Positions 60,820 to 64,000 of a stretch of 64,000 nt of DNA are shown here, piece after piece. The position numbers and the translations under genes are program-made. The notes below the pieces were generated by a model that was not told where the DNA came from, made no database searches, and was given only the letters and a program-made list of their open reading frames with translations. Positions within the stretch are counted from its first letter, which is position 1. Each line of letters opens with the position of its first letter. Origin of the DNA: an uncultured Actinomycetota bacterium (GTDB lineage: Bacteria; Actinomycetota; Actinomycetes; Mycobacteriales; Mycobacteriaceae); contig CAWKME010000012.1 of NCBI GenBank assembly GCA_963850645.1, forward strand, positions 19,946 through 83,945, given 5' to 3'.

Positions 60820-61442
60820 GTTCCCGATGACCGGAGAGCTGATTCGCGCCTCTAAGACCACCGCGGTGCGTTACGAAAGAGAACGTTCGGGCGAGCTGGC
60901 GCACATGGATGTCAAAAAGCTGGGTCGAATCCCTGACGGCGGCGGCTGGCGTGCCCTCGGCAGGGACAAGATTGCCCGATCTCCCAAGGCGGGCAGGGGA
61001 TTTGACTACGTGCACTCACTCGTCGACGACCACTCCCGATTGGCCTACTCCGAGATCCTGGCTGATGAAAAAGGCCCCACCTGCGCGGCATTTCTACGTC
61101 GCGCCGCCGGGTATTTCCGCGACCACGGCATCAACCGCATCGAGCGAGTCATGACCGATAACGCCTGGGCCTACCGCTGGTCAATCCGCGAAGTCTGTGA
61201 CGAGTTGGGTGCCCGGCAGGTGTTCATCAAACCGCACTGCCCGTGGCAGAACGGAAAGGTAGAGCGACTTAACCGCACCCTGCAAACCGAGTGGGCCTAC
61301 CGCCAGGTCTTCACCAGTAACGCCGAGCGAGCCGCAGCCCTTGCACCCTGGATCGAGAACTACAACACTCAACGACGCCACAGCGCACTCGGCGGCCTCC
61401 CACCGATCAGCCGACTGCTACCAACCTGATGGCTCGGTACAC
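60820..61442 (+). mobile_element. 5'-truncated IS481 family element with CTAG target duplication
   Basis: Partial transposase (HMDVKKLGRIPDGGG, VDDHSRLAYSE, MTDNA, PWQNGKVERLNRTL) stops at 61429. Right end GGTACAC; CTAG at 60816 and 61443. Confidence 0.88.
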
Positions 61443-62228
61443 CTAGGCAGTGGGGTGCGCCCGCTGCGCGCGTGCGCTCTGGTAGAGGCAAATCGCGGCC
61501 GCCGCAGCCACATTGAGGCTCTGCGCACTCCCGGACATCGGAATGGCCACCCGGTGGTCGGCTTGGCGAGCCAGCTCAGGTGACAGGCCGTGGGCCTCGG
61601 CCCCGAACAGCCACGCCGTCGGTCCGGCGAGTTCAACGTCGTCAAGGGACAACTCACCGTCCACCGTGGTGGCCAGTACCCGCAGCCCGGCAACCTGTAG
61701 CGCGGCGACAGCCGCGCCCACATCGGGTGCGACGACGACCGGTAACGAGAAGACGCTGCCAGCCGACGCGCGCAGGCATTTGCCGTTATAGGGGTCGACG
61801 CTGTGCCCGCCGAAGATCACCGCCGCGGCGCCCATCGCGTCGGCGGTGCGGATCAGTGTGCCCGCGTTGCCTGGCTCACCGATTTCCACCCCTACCGCGA
61901 CAAGCCGGGGCCTATCGGCCAGCACATGGTCCAGGCCGAGCCCCGGCAACTCGCACACCGCCACCAGTCCAGCGGGAGTCACGGTGTCCGACAGGGCTTT
62001 TGCGGCACGCTCAGTCACCAGGTTGACTGCAGCATCTTGCCGGGCCAGCAGAGCGGCGTAGCGCTGCGCAGCCGCCTCGGTGACGAAAACCTCGCGGATC
62101 AGTCCGCGCCCGGAAGCGGCCTCGATCAGGTTTGCGCCTTCCACCAGGAAGCGCTGCGCCCGGCGCCGGGTGATCTGCCGGTGCAGTTTGACCGCAGCGA
62201 CCACCCGGGCCGATCGTTCGGTGAGCAC
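61443..62228 (-). CDS. tsnR: TrmH/SpoU family RNA methyltransferase (Rv1644-like)
   Basis: Motifs EPGNAGTLIRTA, FGAEAHGL, SLNVAAAAAICLY. Confidence 0.9.
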   Translation of the reverse strand: MLTERSARVVAAVKLHRQITRRRAQRFLVEGANLIEAASGRGLIREVFVTEAAAQRYAALLARQDAAVNLVTERAAKALSDTVTPAGLVAVCELPGLGLDHVLADRPRLVAVGVEIGEPGNAGTLIRTADAMGAAAVIFGGHSVDPYNGKCLRASAGSVFSLPVVVAPDVGAAVAALQVAGLRVLATTVDGELSLDDVELAGPTAWLFGAEAHGLSPELARQADHRVAIPMSGSAQSLNVAAAAAICLYQSARAQRAHPTA

Positions 62229-62245
62229 CGGGTGCGATTGAGATC

Positions 62246-62294
62246 CGATTGTCCGGCTCCTCCTCGGGCCGTCCCGGCCCGCATCGTCGCCTGA
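62246..62294 (-). repeat. MIRU-like repeat between rplT and tsnR
   Basis: GGCGACGATGCGGGCCGGGACGGCCCGAGGAGGAGCCGGACAATCG. Confidence 0.75.
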
Positions 62295-62313
62295 CCAGAA
62301 CCGCCGGAAAGGG

Positions 62314-62703
62314 TTAGGCAGCCTCTCCGGACGGCGCGTTGACGTCCTCGGGAAGCGCGGCCCGGGCGACACCCACGAGCGCGGTGAACGCCGCCGGATC
62401 GCTGACCGCGATTTCGGCGAGGTTCTTGCGGTCGACCTCCACACCGGCGGCCTTCAAACCCTGGATAAGCCGGTTGTAGGTGATGTCGTTGGCGCGGGCC
62501 GCCGCGTTGATGCGCGAGATCCACAGCTTTCGGAACTCACCCTTGCGCGCACGACGGTCGCGGTAGGCGTAGTTCAGTGAATGCAGTTGCTGCTCTTTGG
62601 CTTTGCGGTAGAGGCGGGACCGCTGGCCGCGATAGCCTTTGGAGGCCTTCAGGATGGTGCGCCGCTTCTTCTGGGCGTTGACTGCCCGCTTTACGCGTGC
62701 CAT
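62314..62703 (-). CDS. rplT: 50S ribosomal protein L20
   Basis: [15 protein letters not shown]...[12 protein letters not shown]. Confidence 0.98.
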   Translation of the reverse strand: MARVKRAVNAQKKRRTILKASKGYRGQRSRLYRKAKEQQLHSLNYAYRDRRARKGEFRKLWISRINAAARANDITYNRLIQGLKAAGVEVDRKNLAEIAVSDPAAFTALVGVARAALPEDVNAPSGEAA

Positions 62704-62767
62704 GGGTGTTCCTATCGTCGTCTGGACGTAATGGGTGTTACGTCGCCGTCTTCGTTACGGGAGTGGG

Positions 62768-62962
62768 TCAGCCGTTCAGCAGCTTGTTGACCCGCTTGGT
62801 GTCGTTGGCGGAAACGGCGGTACGCCCTTCCAGGCGTCGCGTTCGGGTGCTCGACTTATGCTCGAGCAGGTGCCGGCGATTGGCCTTCTGGCGCACGATC
62901 TTCCCGGTGCCGGTACGCCGGAATCGTTTCGACGCGCCACTGTGGGTCTTGGTCTTAGGCAT
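62768..62962 (-). CDS. rpmI: 50S ribosomal protein L35
   Basis: [14 protein letters not shown]. Confidence 0.98.
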   Translation of the reverse strand: MPKTKTHSGASKRFRRTGTGKIVRQKANRRHLLEHKSSTRTRRLEGRTAVSANDTKRVNKLLNG

Positions 62963-62982
62963 ATGTCCTCAGTTCTGCTGTG

Positions 62983-63582
<600 letters not shown>

Positions 63583-63876
63583 GGGGCCTCCCTGGGTCGT
63601 ATTCCTCGTTGCGAGCGAAGCCGGGTCTGCCCGGAGTCAGCGGTCGGAATACCACGCCATCAGCAAAAAAGCCCTGCTTAAGCAGGGCCCGGTGCCGACC
63701 GGTCACGGCCGAAGCCGCCTGCCTAACGGGCAGAATCGGCACAGCGGGTGTGCCAATGACCGGACCGCTGAGCCTTGACTGTGATCTCTTGAGATCTTTC
63801 GTGGCCAACGGTGGGAGTGGGACTCCACTTGCTGTCTCTGGCCTGGCCGGAGACGGTCGCGCCGGTAAGTCTAGCA
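63583..63876 (-). promoter_or_regulatory. infC promoter (TGC-TAGACT) and ~280-nt L20-leader-like 5' UTR
   Basis: Extended -10 at 63876-63868; AAGTGGAGTCCCACTCCCACC motif; internal terminator. Confidence 0.65.
63665..63688 (-). terminator. Intrinsic terminator inside the infC leader (attenuator)
   Basis: GCCCTGCT-TA-AGCAGGGC-TTTTTT on the minus strand. Confidence 0.8.
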
Positions 63877-63985
63877 GTCATGACGTGTCGGTCGGCGATC
63901 GAGCGCCGCCGAGCTGCCGACACGTGCAATTCCGTGCCTCGCGGACATAGGCATTCCATAGCTTGACCGAATATCCTCGCGGTCT

Positions 63986-64000
63986 GTGACCCTCACCGCG
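63986..64000 (+). CDS. Probable start of lysX (leaderless GTG), truncated by the window edge
   Basis: TATCCT -10 followed by GTG ACC CTC ACC GCG; position divergent from infC matches Rv1640c synteny. Only 5 codons visible. Confidence 0.45.

Overview
GC-rich Mycobacterium chromosomal window, syntenic in reverse with M. tuberculosis Rv1640c-Rv1713. From left to right: (1) the edge of an integrative element (HTH gene tail, tyrosine integrase, tandem arm repeats) at tRNA-Pro(GGG); (2) der-cmk-rluB-scpB-scpA-parA, xerD, nudF, pyrG, mctB/steB, steA, recN, nadK, tlyA; (3) a complete 16S-23S-5S operon downstream of tyrS, with a long 16S helix 18; (4) an ABC efflux pair plus TetR, an acyl-CoA synthetase, and a small gene insertion bracketed by a decayed duplicate of an ABC-F 5' end; (5) an IS30 element inside a palindrome; (6) argCJBDFRGH and pheST; (7) an accessory Pls-type (epsilon-poly-L-lysine synthetase-like) membrane NRPS coupled to an M1 peptidase; (8) an adenylate cyclase, an IS481 remnant at a shared CTAG stop, tsnR, and rplT-rpmI-infC with an attenuator-like leader. 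Many essential genes carry 1-bp frameshifts, most likely sequencing or assembly indels, so coordinates of frameshifted genes are approximate. Best leads: the Pls/peptidase cassette (A-domain code read as DAESIGTVVK, lysine-like), a pyrG leader that resembles pyrC-type CTP-sensing start-site switching, and the ABC-F-duplicating insertion. Family and orthologue assignments come from recalled motifs and synteny, not from database searches.
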